Shown here piece after piece: positions 28,901 through 40,029 of a stretch of 64,000 nt of DNA. Numbering within the stretch: the first letter of the stretch is position 1; every line of letters starts with the position of its first letter. The notes below the pieces were generated by a model that was not told where the DNA came from, made no database searches, and was given only the letters and a program-made list of their open reading frames with translations. Source of the DNA: a bacterium (lineage in GTDB: Bacteria; UBA8248); NCBI GenBank assembly GCA_965202625.1, contig CBDBBI010000010.1:2592001-2656000 (forward strand), written 5' to 3'. Both the position numbers and the translations under genes were made by a program.

Positions 28901-29495
28901 GCTTATTCCGTTTCGGGTTGAAAGTGGCGGCTATTGCTGATGCGCTTGAACTTATCGGAACATCGCCGCGAATGGGAACGGATGTAAAATCCAATAATAT
29001 CCGCTATCTTAATTTCCACTACCTCCTTATATCATCATCCTTTCATTCGGACAAGAAGCGGTCGTTTCCCGGACGGTTACGGTAGAGGTGCGTCTCCGGA
29101 AGGTGGGGAGAGTCCGCCTAACGCTAGAGTAAAATTTCAGGACGACGAGAGTCAGGGACATTCGGTCCCGCTATACTGCCGATTAGGGCGAACAATGGAC
29201 CTTTGCGTTTCCACTCTGAGTTGCGCGATGGACGTATTTAGGTCGATTTTCTTGGCGACTCTTACACTGAGAGGGTCCTTGAACGTGTTTCTACGCCTCG
29301 CCAAGGGGTTTCGCCTGGATGCGGAAACATTCTCTTCCACCGCCCTGACGCGAATGACGCAAACCACCTGAAGGTCGCGCGAGGCGGGCGTTTCGCCCGC
29401 CCCTTATGTTTACCCGTCCATCGGGAACGAGAGGACGTCGACGGCGTACTTCCGTCTGCCCCTCACCGAGAGGCGAAACGAATAGTTGCATTTGC

Positions 29496-30272
29496 TTATC
29501 TTCCCTGAAAATGGGCCGCTCTTTTTTCAAGGAACGCTGACGTTCCCTCGACTTTGTCCTCCGTGGTCATCAGGCAGGCCTGCCCCAGCCGCTCGGCGAT
29601 CATGCCCGCCTCCGGACCGAACTTGAGACCTGCGTTGATGGCGATTTTCGCCATGCGCACCGCCAGCGGCCCTTTGCGCATCATCTTTCGGGCACACTCG
29701 CGCGCGGCGTCCAATAGCCGCCTCCCCGAAACGACTTGGTTGACCAGACCGATGCGGTGGGCTTCATGCGCATCAATGACCTCTCCCGTCAGGATTAACT
29801 CCTTCGCTCTTCCGACGCCCACGAGGGCGGCGAGCCGCTGTGTGCCGCCCGCCCCCGGCATTATGCCGAGGTTCACCTCGGGCTGCCCGAACCTGGCGTT
29901 TTCACACGCTATGCGGATGTCGCAAGCCATAGCGAGCTCGCAACCTCCGCCGAGGGCGAAGCCGTTGACAGCGGCAATGATCGGCTTCTCCACGATCTCC
30001 AGCCGCGTTAGCGTCCGCTGAGAGGGAGCGGCGAGCCCGTCGATGAGATTTCGCTCCTTCATTTGGGCGATATCAGAGCCTGCAGCGAAGCATTTCTCCC
30101 CGGCGCCCGTGAAGATGACGACGTGAACCTCGCCGTCTGATTCGAGCGCCTCTACAACGGCACCGACCTCCCGCCACGTCTGGGGGTCGAGTGCATTTTT
30201 TTTCTCAGGGCGGTTGATGGTGATGAGCGCGATTCCCTCTGAGCGCTCGACCAATAAGTTCTCGTATGGCAT
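29496..30272 (-). CDS. Enoyl-CoA hydratase/isomerase (crotonase family)
   Basis: INRPEKKNAL, AAVNGFALGGGCELAMACDIR, GQPEVNLGIMPGAGGTQRL. Confidence 0.93.
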   Translation of the reverse strand: MPYENLLVERSEGIALITINRPEKKNALDPQTWREVGAVVEALESDGEVHVVIFTGAGEKCFAAGSDIAQMKERNLIDGLAAPSQRTLTRLEIVEKPIIAAVNGFALGGGCELAMACDIRIACENARFGQPEVNLGIMPGAGGTQRLAALVGVGRAKELILTGEVIDAHEAHRIGLVNQVVSGRRLLDAARECARKMMRKGPLAVRMAKIAINAGLKFGPEAGMIAERLGQACLMTTEDKVEGTSAFLEKRAAHFQGR

Positions 30273-30530
30273 TTCCGTCTCGCTCCTTTTGTGTGAGGTC
30301 CGCGTTGGTGACGCAACGGTGGAAATTCTCCCCGATGCGGGGAAGTCCTTGCGTCATTGTTAGACGGGAATATAGCCCATGGCGCGACGTTCGTCACCTG
30401 AGAGCACGACCGGTTCGGAGAGATTTTTTGTAAAAAAATTTAAGAATTTCGTGGTTATAGATTCCGTATCACATCAAAATATGTTGCTAAACATATAGAA
30501 ATTAGATAGTTAGGAAAAAAACCCACCTTG

Positions 30531-30557
30531 CTAGCAGCCAACTTGATTGAGTGCTAA
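30531..30557. promoter_or_regulatory. CIRCE element upstream of groES
   Basis: CTAGCAGCC-N9-GAGTGCTAA (right arm perfect), followed by TTGACA at 30564-30569. Confidence 0.82.
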
Positions 30558-30709
30558 TATCGCTTGACAAACCTTCGCACCTTGTCATATACATTTTGGC
30601 AGTAAGAAATTGTGTCGGGTTCGATTGGCGTTTCGCCCGTGTGATTTCGAGTATTTTCGATGCGTTTTTTTCACGAGAAAGCGGTATTCTCACCTACAAG
30701 GAGGAAGAG

Positions 30710-31012
30710 ATGGCAAAGGTCAAAACAAAGATACAGCCTCTTCAGGATCGCATTTTGGTGAAGCGCCTGGATGCGGAAGAGGAGCAGATCGGGGGCATCA
30801 TCATCCCGGATACTGCGAAAGAAAAGCCCCAGGAGGGGGAAGTCGTCGCCGTGGGCCCCGGCAAGGTGACCGACGATGGCAAAAGACAGGCCCCCGAAGT
30901 GAGTGAGGGCGACAAAATTCTTTTCGCTAAATACGCGGGCACCGAGGTGAAGTCCGAGGGCGTGGAGTATCTGATCATGCGCGAAGATGACGTGCTGGCG
31001 ATCATCAACTAG
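30710..31012 (+). CDS. groES: Co-chaperonin GroES
   Basis: [27 protein letters not shown]; RBS AGGAGG. Confidence 0.97.
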   Translation: MAKVKTKIQPLQDRILVKRLDAEEEQIGGIIIPDTAKEKPQEGEVVAVGPGKVTDDGKRQAPEVSEGDKILFAKYAGTEVKSEGVEYLIMREDDVLAIIN

Positions 31013-32686
<1,674 letters not shown>

Positions 32687-32707
32687 ATCGTCGTCTTTGA
32701 TGACGCG

Positions 32708-32739
32708 AGAGGGGGCCTCCCAGAGGCCCCCTCTTTTTT
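32708..32739 (+). terminator. Rho-independent terminator after groEL
   Basis: AGAGGGGGCCT-5 nt-AGGCCCCCTCT followed by a T run. Confidence 0.88.
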
Positions 32740-32886
32740 GCGCCATTTGTCTCTGAGGCTCATTGAAAATAAAGTCGTGCGTCTCATAGGATCAACGCGT
32801 GGAGGGTCGTTGAGCACTCACATCGCTAGTGGGGTTTCTCGCGCTGGCGCGGACGATGGACGATGTTGGCAGGTAGGGGAGGACAC

Positions 32887-34137
32887 ATGGCGATAAATAG
32901 GTCGAAAAATCTCCTCGTCCTCCTATTGTTCGTATCATTATTGTTGCACTTATTCGTATTTGTCGTATTGAGTCGAGAATATGTTTGGTCGAGGCGCGTC
33001 CAAGCGAGCCGTTCGCCTAGGTTTCACGTTGTATCTGTCGAGCAACCTAAGAAAGAACTCCCCTTTCGCTCTAAAAGTCGGTTTTTATCGGACGCTAACC
33101 GAAAAGAAAGCGGTGTTGGCAATCTTGGTAAAGCCCCACTTTTAAGGCGCGCGGATAGAAACTTCATTCCCTCTCGCAGGGGCGGGCTCAGCCCGGAGAC
33201 GAGGGTATTGCCGATTGCGATAAAACCCCTACTTTCTACCCCGGCCGTTCCTCGTCCGCCGCCGGTGCCCACAACGCCAGTGCCTAAATGGAGTGTGCTC
33301 TCCAAAGAGCCGAAACCTCCATCGGAAAAGACAACAGGCCCTAAGAAGCCACCGGCTCCAGAGAATTCGAGAGATTTCCTCCCTGAGAGGCTGAAGGCGA
33401 CGACGCCTGCTCCCTTGAAACCTCCCGAAGCCCTTGAACCAAAGGTCGCGCCGAAAGTGGAGAGGAAACCCGGTAAGAAAAGCCCAAAACCGAGGCCTGT
33501 CGTAACGAATGAGGTCAAACCTGAACTAGCGGTGAGGCGTCAGGCCAGGAGTAAATCCGAAGAGAAGGAACCTCCAAGGCAAAAAGGGAAAGTCGAGGCT
33601 AGGGAAAAGCCAAAGAAAAGCGCGGTAGCCGCGCTGCGACCGAATCCTCAGCCGAGGCGTCCACAGCGTCTCGCACCGAGGCGACCGCAACCGGAAGACC
33701 CCTTGGCGTTGTTCAGAGTAAAACCCCAGCCGAAGGGGAAACCCAACGCGCCTAGGCTTGCTCTCTCAGATGAGGAAGCGGACAGGATCGCCAAAGCGAG
33801 TTCGGAAAAAGACTTGGAGAAAGAGGCGGGTGAAATTATTTCGCTTGATACGCGCGATTTTCGGTATGCTGCTTATTTCGCCCATATCAAACGGAAAATC
33901 CAAAACGCGTGGGAATGGCCTTTGGAGGCCAGAAGATACGGAGGACGGCTGTCGTTGCGTTTTGTGTTGAGAGAAAATGGCGCTTTGGAGGAGGTGCGTT
34001 TGCTAAAGTCCTCGAGGGTTCCCATTCTCGATGATTTGGCGATGGCCGCTGTCACCAAGGCGGCGCCGTTCAGGCCGTTTCCGGCGGGCGTCAAGCGCAA
34101 GACAATAGAGGCAACCTTCATATATGCCCGTCCTTAA
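32887..34137 (+). CDS. TonB-family protein (N-terminal anchor, Pro/Lys-rich linker, TonB C-terminal domain)
   Basis: VSLLLH TM anchor, Pro/Lys linker, IKRKIQNAWEWP..SSRVPILDDLAMAAVTKAAPFRPFP. Confidence 0.8.
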   Translation: MAINRSKNLLVLLLFVSLLLHLFVFVVLSREYVWSRRVQASRSPRFHVVSVEQPKKELPFRSKSRFLSDANRKESGVGNLGKAPLLRRADRNFIPSRRGGLSPETRVLPIAIKPLLSTPAVPRPPPVPTTPVPKWSVLSKEPKPPSEKTTGPKKPPAPENSRDFLPERLKATTPAPLKPPEALEPKVAPKVERKPGKKSPKPRPVVTNEVKPELAVRRQARSKSEEKEPPRQKGKVEAREKPKKSAVAALRPNPQPRRPQRLAPRRPQPEDPLALFRVKPQPKGKPNAPRLALSDEEADRIAKASSEKDLEKEAGEIISLDTRDFRYAAYFAHIKRKIQNAWEWPLEARRYGGRLSLRFVLRENGALEEVRLLKSSRVPILDDLAMAAVTKAAPFRPFPAGVKRKTIEATFIYARP

Positions 34138-34199
34138 AAGCCGCGTTCGCTTATGAGTGAGCTTGGCCGGGCTGTTTGTCCTTTGGGGAATGTGATTGG

Positions 34200-34228
34200 T
34201 TGACACCTGAGAATATGGATTTTAGGAT
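34200..34228 (+). promoter_or_regulatory. Sigma-70-type promoter for the DtxR/MntR gene
   Basis: TTGACA-17 nt-TAGGAT. Confidence 0.6.
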
Positions 34229-34243
34229 TGCCCTCTTTTCGCT

Positions 34244-34942
34244 TTGAATCGCCAATCAGAGGATTGTCTTTTGTCCGAATCAGGGCTGCGCTTGAGCAAG
34301 CAAATCGAAGATTATTTGAAGAATATCTTCAAGCTGCAACAAGAGGTGTCCCCCGTCACGACGAACGCCATAGCGAAGTGCATGGAGATATCCACTGCGG
34401 CGGTGACGAGCATGATCAAAAAACTCAACCATCTGGATTTGCTTATGTATCGACCATACAAGGGTGTTGTCTTAAGCAAGAAAGGGGAGAAGGTCGCTTT
34501 AGAAATCATCAGACATCACCGGTTACTTGAACTGTATCTCAACCAGAAGATGGGAATCGACTGGGATAAGGTGGATGCCGAGGCTGAGGAATTGGAGCAC
34601 GTTTTGAGCGAGGAGCTGGAAGCTGTTTTGGACAAAGCGCTTGGCTATCCGACTCTTGATCCCCATGGAGATCCGATTCCCTCGAAAGACGGCACCATGG
34701 TGGACACGAGAGAGGTTGTTCTCATCGCTCTTGAAGAGGGCCGCGCCACGAAAATAACCCGCGTGTTGCAAGATGACCCGAAGATATTGCGGTATTTGGG
34801 AGAGCTTGGCTTTTTTCCGGAGATGCCGATAGAAATAATTAAACAATCGCCCCTTGCCGGCACAGTGACATTGTCGGTAAATGGCAACAAGCATACGTTG
34901 GGCCGCGATATCGCATCTCGAGTTTTTGCCCTGAACGATTAG
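34244..34942 (+). CDS. DtxR/MntR-family metal-dependent repressor with FeoA-like domain (start may be 34292)
   Basis: EDYLKNIF, RHHRLLELYL, EAEELEHVLS, DPHGDPIP. Confidence 0.93.
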   Translation: MNRQSEDCLLSESGLRLSKQIEDYLKNIFKLQQEVSPVTTNAIAKCMEISTAAVTSMIKKLNHLDLLMYRPYKGVVLSKKGEKVALEIIRHHRLLELYLNQKMGIDWDKVDAEAEELEHVLSEELEAVLDKALGYPTLDPHGDPIPSKDGTMVDTREVVLIALEEGRATKITRVLQDDPKILRYLGELGFFPEMPIEIIKQSPLAGTVTLSVNGNKHTLGRDIASRVFALND

Positions 34943-35183
34943 GCTCGTTATATTCTCGCATCGTCAGCTTCTTGTTTCTGGTCTCTTTCACATCAAAGAA
35001 TACTCTCGTATATTTATATTTCTGGCGTTTGGGGAGCGGCTCATGCCGGATGGATGCATTGGAGGCGTTTGCGCAGAAGAGTGCGGCATTGGTTTTGAGA
35101 GCGAAGAAGGTCATTTTGTCAGGGAAAAACTTTTTACCGCTTTCGTCATGGGGATTTTTTGAGAATCCGTATCGGGAGAAAAT

Positions 35184-35741
35184 ATGCCAGCGAAAAGAAA
35201 AACGACTGTAAAAAAAGATTTTGACCACCGCTTTTGCGCCATTCATGACAAGGACGTTGAGTGGCGAGAAGATGTGAGCACCGACCTCCTCACTTTGCCC
35301 AAAGGGGTGAAAGTGAAAGTTTTCGCTCATGATCCGGTGATGAAACGCATTGACATGAAGGTGAAATTTCCGAAGGGGTACGTGGAGCCTCGCCATACAC
35401 ACAAGAGTTGGCATTCCATTTTGGTGACCCGAGGCAGGATGTGCGTAGCGGGTAAGGATTTGAGACCGGGCGACTATGTTTTTGGGTGGGATTTGCCGCA
35501 TGGCCCTTATGAATACCCAGATGGCTGCGAAGTTTTTGTCGTGTTTATGGGCGAGGGGACGCAGCATGTTTGGGAAGAGGACGCATTGTTGAAGCACCAG
35601 TTGAAATGGGAGGCGAACACGGACGCGGGCAAAAAAGCTGTTGCTAAGGGCGATGTGGCTAGAAAGCAGGCATTGAAGGAAAAAAGAGCGGCCGCGTCCG
35701 GGAAAAAGGCACTGAAGAGAAAAGTAGGTCGCCCGGAATAA
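35184..35741 (+). CDS. Cupin-domain protein
   Basis: PRHTH..GDYVFG..PHGP cupin motifs; Lys/Ala-rich tail. Confidence 0.7.
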   Translation: MPAKRKTTVKKDFDHRFCAIHDKDVEWREDVSTDLLTLPKGVKVKVFAHDPVMKRIDMKVKFPKGYVEPRHTHKSWHSILVTRGRMCVAGKDLRPGDYVFGWDLPHGPYEYPDGCEVFVVFMGEGTQHVWEEDALLKHQLKWEANTDAGKKAVAKGDVARKQALKEKRAAASGKKALKRKVGRPE

Positions 35742-36760
35742 TGCCGCCGCAGCGAATTTCTGTGATAGGCGCCGGCGCCTGGGGGACGGCGCTGGCGGAT
35801 TTGTTTTCTGAAATGGGCCACGAAGTGACGCTTTGGATTTTTGAGGCGGACCTTTGCCGTCGCATGAAGTCGCACCATGAGAATGACGTATATCTTCCGG
35901 ACGTTGCCCTACGCGAGAATTTGCGATTTACGTCCGATTTGGCTGAGGCGGCCTCGGCGGGCCAGGACGTTCTCGTGAGCGTCATGCCGAGCCATGTGGT
36001 CCGAAGCGTCTGGATGCAACTGGCGCCCTCAATTCATGAGGAAGCGATTCTCGCAAGCGCCACCAAAGGCGTAGAGGAGAAAACCCTTTGCCTGCCCACT
36101 CAGGTTATCTCTGAATGTATTGATGAAGTGGGCAGTGAACAGCACGCGCTCGCCTGTCTTTCCGGTCCTACGTTCGCTCGAGAAGTTGCCGAAAGAAAGC
36201 CTACGGCCATCACGATAGCGTCTGATGACTCCGATACTGCGCACGCGCTCCAAGAAGCGTTTTCCGCGTCTCATTTCAGGATTTACACGGGCGATGACCC
36301 CATCGGGGCCCAACTTAGCGGGGCGCTCAAGAATGTCATCGCTTTGGCGGCAGGTATATCCGACGGCATGAAACTTGGGCATAACGCGAGGGCGGCGCTT
36401 ATCGTGCGCGGCTTGTCGGAAATTGGACGCTTGGGCGCGGCGATGGGTGGCAGGGTGGAAACATTTTCTGGTCTTGCGGGAATGGGCGATCTGGTGCTCA
36501 CCTGCACCGGAGAGCTGAGCAGGAACAGAACGGTGGGCCTGCGGTTGGGACAAGGTGAGACCCTACAAAAAATCCTGGAATCAATGAAGGCCGTCGCCGA
36601 GGGCGTGTCCACGGCACCCGCCGCCGTGGGGCTGGCTGATAAATATGGCGTGGACATGCCTATATGTCGAGAAGTCCATGCCATATTGTTTGAGGGTCAT
36701 CATCCGAAAGATGCGGTAAGTGCCCTGATGTCGAGGCCCCTGAAAGCCGAGGACGCATAG
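35741..36760 (+). CDS. gpsA: NAD(P)H-dependent glycerol-3-phosphate dehydrogenase
   Basis: GAGAWGTALA, SGPTFA, GALKNVIALAAG, GDLVLTC..SRNR. Confidence 0.96.
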   Translation: MPPQRISVIGAGAWGTALADLFSEMGHEVTLWIFEADLCRRMKSHHENDVYLPDVALRENLRFTSDLAEAASAGQDVLVSVMPSHVVRSVWMQLAPSIHEEAILASATKGVEEKTLCLPTQVISECIDEVGSEQHALACLSGPTFAREVAERKPTAITIASDDSDTAHALQEAFSASHFRIYTGDDPIGAQLSGALKNVIALAAGISDGMKLGHNARAALIVRGLSEIGRLGAAMGGRVETFSGLAGMGDLVLTCTGELSRNRTVGLRLGQGETLQKILESMKAVAEGVSTAPAAVGLADKYGVDMPICREVHAILFEGHHPKDAVSALMSRPLKAEDA

Positions 36761-36921
36761 GCAGGGATGTATTCCCTAGAGGAACGCGCGTCATTTTGCG
36801 AGAACGCCCGGTCTCACTCTGAGCGCCGCACTTTCCTTTGCGTTTTGAAATATCCTCTCTGGGGTCAGCCCTGCGTCTGTATTCGTTGAGGAGGCAATGA
36901 AACTAAACTTCTCTCTGCGCA

Positions 36922-37365
36922 TCACGCGCTCTCCAGGTAATTGAGGAGAGAATCAAGGCACTCGCCCCAGCCTTCTTCATGCTCATCGCACATGTTCTCG
37001 TCCGGGAATCCCTCATGGGTAAGTATCAGTTCCGTTCCGTTTTCTCGCTCAAGAAATTCCAGCGTCCCCAAGGTTTTTGGATAATTCCAATTCCCTCTCC
37101 CATTGGAACGTATAGACAAGTCGCTCCGGGGGGTGTATCTTGACGAACTCTCCATTCAGGTAAAACGATTCTCCCTCAAATGGCCGCATCTTGATCCGGT
37201 ACCCCCCCCCCCGATTTTGAAATCCATCTCTATTCGGGGTGTTGTTAACCCCTCTGGGGCCCACCATTTTTTCAAAGCTTCTTGTTGCGTCCATGCGGCG
37301 AAGAGTTTTTCCCTCGGGACTCGAAAGATTCGCGCGAGCCGAAGCGAGTGTTTTGACAGGCGCAT
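36922..37365 (-). pseudogene. SRPBCC/AHSA1-family protein with two frameshifts
   Basis: RIFRVPREKLFAAWT..WW..DFKIGG / GGYRIKM..PPERLVYTFQW / TLEFLERENGTELILTHEGF..HEEGWGECL lie in three successive ORFs; the first break is at a G11 tract (37202-37212). Confidence 0.85.
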
Positions 37366-37369
37366 TTTT

Positions 37370-37702
37370 TCACTCCTTCCCGGAGGTTTCGTCCAGGTAT
37401 CTAGCGAGACTCTCGAATTGCTCCTCCCAGAATGGCTGATAAAAGTCGATCCATTCGGAGGCTTTTTTCATCGGTTTGGCCTCCAGGCGGAGGTGATGGG
37501 CGCGCCCTCTTTTTTCTCGATGAATAAGGCCGGCACTCTCTAATACGGCCAAATGCTTGGAAACTGCTGGCAGTGAGATGTGAAAAGGAGCGGCCAGGCT
37601 TGTGACGGTGGTTTCTCCTCGAGAGAGTCGGCGCAAAATAGCCCGTCTCTTGGGGTCTGAGAGTGCTGAAAAAGTAGCGTCGAGACTGGATGATGGACTC
37701 AT
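37370..37702 (-). CDS. ArsR/SmtB-family regulator (SRPBCC-associated type)
   Basis: FSALSDPKRRAIL, SLPAVSKHLAVLESAGLI, FWEEQFESL. Confidence 0.92.
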   Translation of the reverse strand: MSPSSSLDATFSALSDPKRRAILRRLSRGETTVTSLAAPFHISLPAVSKHLAVLESAGLIHREKRGRAHHLRLEAKPMKKASEWIDFYQPFWEEQFESLARYLDETSGKE

Positions 37703-37711
37703 GGAAACGCT

Positions 37712-38040
37712 TTATCCGGTGATGAATCCCCGCAGGTAGCAGATCTGCCACTGTGTTGGAGATTGTCGACGGTCATTCTTCCGAGATAGGCTCCTATTTT
37801 TATGGTGTTGCCAACGCTATCGGGAATTTCTTTTTCGAAATCATCGGAGGCGAGTATTTGGAGGACAGAAAGCGTATTCGCTTGAACGGTGTCGGCGTAA
37901 CTGACTACATATTCTTTTGCGCATTTGAATTTGAGCACCTGTTCAGGCGAGTTTCCGAATCCTATTTATTGTGGGTTTGCGTCCATGTCAAATTTTCCGC
38001 CTCATTTGCCAGAAATTCAAAGTTGCCTGTTTCCGGAAAC
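37712..38040 (-). pseudogene. DinB-family gene remnant, 5'-truncated
   Basis: RQL*ISGK*GGKFDMDANPQ*IGFGNSPEQV..; a frameshift near 37745 restores QHSGQICYLRG. Confidence 0.6.
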
Positions 38041-38047
38041 AAGTTTC

Positions 38048-38095
38048 ATATTTAACTATATGGTTAAATATATGTTTCCCTTGACCTGCTGTCAA
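38048..38095 (-). promoter_or_regulatory. Promoter with overlapping palindromic operator, likely ArsR autoregulation
   Basis: Perfect inverted repeat ATATTTAAC-N6-GTTAAATAT (38048-38071) overlapping the -10 of minus-strand TTGACA-17 nt-TATATT. Confidence 0.7.
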
Positions 38096-38213
38096 CCCTT
38101 TTGTGATGACGGAGTTTCTGGTTTGCTCTTTGTTGTTCTTGGGGGAGAGGTATGGGTAATGTTGAGGCAGCGCCTTAGTGTGGCGACGAAAGCCCTAGTG
38201 TAGGGTCGTTATC

Positions 38214-38930
38214 ATGGAATTTGTGAAATTCATTTTCCTTCGATCTTTGTGCTGGGTGATCTCTATATTCTTAGTACCCGTTTGCTGGGTGGCGGCGCTT
38301 TCCTTTTGCCGGAACCTTCTGTCCGCTTTTCTCATACAGGGTTCAGGAGCTAGCGCTTATCTTCCCACACATCAGGGCGGGGCTTTTCTCATCGGTGTTG
38401 TGGTCTACGCTTTATGGCATCGATTTTGGCCGCCTGAGTTCCTATACGCTTTCGTTCATGAGTTTACGCATCTCACGTTTGCTCTGATCACCGGCAAAAA
38501 GGTGCGTCGCTTTGAGGTGACGCGAGGGAGCGGGAAAGTGGTTTTGAGCGGTACGAACCCCATCATCGTCTTGGCGCCTTATTTTTTCCCTCTTTTGACA
38601 ATCATGGTGCTGATTCTGGGCACCCTCATCAGTTGGGGGTTGGGGTATGGAAAAGTTCACTGGGCGACGGCGTTTTTCTCTGGCCTAACGCTTTGTTTGC
38701 ACGTCCTTATGACTATCAAGGTGCTGGGCGTGCCGCAGCCCGATATTGCGCGCAGCGGGCGAATTTCCTCTTTGGTGCTCATCTTCTTGTTGGGGGTGGT
38801 TTTTGTTGGCGGCGCGGCGCTCGCCTCCATGGGGGGTTGGAGTATACTCGTTTCGTATCTCACGTCTATTTGGCATGAAAGTTGGGATACGTATGCATTT
38901 TTGTTTGGCTTGATGAAGCGCGTTTTATGA
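38214..38930 (+). CDS. Membrane metalloprotease-like protein (M50-like)
   Basis: HEFTH (HExxH) within a TM region, LAPYFFP, several TM helices. Confidence 0.7.
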   Translation: MEFVKFIFLRSLCWVISIFLVPVCWVAALSFCRNLLSAFLIQGSGASAYLPTHQGGAFLIGVVVYALWHRFWPPEFLYAFVHEFTHLTFALITGKKVRRFEVTRGSGKVVLSGTNPIIVLAPYFFPLLTIMVLILGTLISWGLGYGKVHWATAFFSGLTLCLHVLMTIKVLGVPQPDIARSGRISSLVLIFLLGVVFVGGAALASMGGWSILVSYLTSIWHESWDTYAFLFGLMKRVL

Positions 38931-39559
38931 GGTGGGAATCTGGACGCATGGCTTTTGCATCTTGGCGATGCCGATTTTGTTTGATGATTTTTTTGAGCGC
39001 GTTGAGCACAGGCTGTGCCTATGAAGTTTTTAGAACGCAAAACATTTCTCAGCCGACAAAAATACGCGCCCTCCGGCGTATTGCCGTCACCCCTTTTCGT
39101 TATTCGAGTGACTGGACGGGACTTTTCCGCAAGATCTACAGGCAAGCAGGTTTAGCAATACCCAAAGGAAAGAAGGTCGAGTCGGTGGAGGGGACGTTTT
39201 TGATTCGGGACGCTATCACCTCCAAAGGATATGAGGCTGTTTCATTCCCCAAAGAATTGCGGATAAAAAAAACAGGTGGTTCACTGCGCTCGGAGGGGAA
39301 AACTGCGCAAACCTACCCATTAATACCCAGAAATTCGGGCGCCCAAGCCATCATATTTGCTAGAGGCAGCCACCTCTGCAGCGATATGGAATCGTGCGTC
39401 GCCAAAGTGGAAATACTTTTGGTGGATGCCAGCTCTGGCGAAGAACTATGGAAATCGCGGGCGAGAGGAACGACGGGACTGTCCCAGGGGGATGAAATGA
39501 AAGCCGCCGTTCAGGGCGCGCTCGAAGAATTTCCCGACAATTTTCCGGTTTCTGGTTGA
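38927..39559 (+). CDS. Putative lipoprotein
   Basis: Lipobox LSTGC; RRIAVTPF and LLVDASSGEELW motifs; ATGA overlap with the upstream gene. Confidence 0.65.
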   Translation: MRWESGRMAFASWRCRFCLMIFLSALSTGCAYEVFRTQNISQPTKIRALRRIAVTPFRYSSDWTGLFRKIYRQAGLAIPKGKKVESVEGTFLIRDAITSKGYEAVSFPKELRIKKTGGSLRSEGKTAQTYPLIPRNSGAQAIIFARGSHLCSDMESCVAKVEILLVDASSGEELWKSRARGTTGLSQGDEMKAAVQGALEEFPDNFPVSG

Positions 39560-39712
39560 AGTCAAGAAATTTCATCCATATCCATGCCCGATACCAGGCG
39601 GCCATGACGATTTGTCGTTTTTGATGCGGACGTATATGACAAAATGACAATTTCATTCATGTTTTTTCTTTCTATCTCATTGATATAGAAGTTGTTATAG
39701 AATAGAGAAAAA

Positions 39713-39728
39713 TGGCATAACGTTTGCA
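39713..39728 (+). promoter_or_regulatory. Sigma-54 (-24/-12) promoter
   Basis: TGGCAT-AACGT-TTGCA with canonical GG-N10-GC spacing. Confidence 0.8.
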
Positions 39729-39739
39729 TTAAAGATCAG

Positions 39740-39893
39740 AAGCGCTAATCAGGGCGTTCATAGGCGGCACGCCTTGGGTAGCCGGCGAGAGGAGTTGCCG
39801 ATTGGGTCGGCGCTCCTCCGCCACGCTATTATTTCTCTCACGTTTCTCCTCCCTTCGTGAGAGCCTCCTCCCGGAGACGGGAGGAGGTTTTTT
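39740..39893 (+). ncRNA. Candidate sigma-54-dependent small regulatory RNA
   Basis: Non-coding stretch between the sigma-54 promoter and an intrinsic terminator, with four hairpins, one exposing TTTCTCCTCCCTT; 5' end estimated. Confidence 0.62.
39864..39893 (+). terminator. Rho-independent terminator
   Basis: CCTCCTCCCG-GAGA-CGGGAGGAGG-TTTTTT. Confidence 0.9.
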
Positions 39894-40029
39894 ATTTGCT
39901 TCTCGGCGACATGATTTTCCCCTGCGTGGTTTGCAATCGGGGGATGTTGGTTTATAGTGCATTTTGCATGAAATCATGCGGCGTTGATTAGGTGTTGAGA
40001 ACTCATCCATTAAAAGTGAGGAATCGGAA

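Noticed and set aside
28901-29495. Unexplained ~600 bp at the island's right edge
   Set aside because: No recognisable protein, terminal inverted repeats or att duplication by eye; needs BLASTX.
37202-37212. G11 homopolymer in SRPBCC as a phase-variation switch
   Set aside because: A second independent frameshift near 37095 means changing the tract would not restore the gene.
38002-38019. Two TGA codons at apparent Trp positions in the DinB remnant, suggesting UGA=Trp recoding
   Set aside because: The same remnant has a TAA and a frameshift, TGA ends normal genes in this window, and tRNA-Trp has a CCA anticodon. Simple TGG-to-TGA decay explains it.
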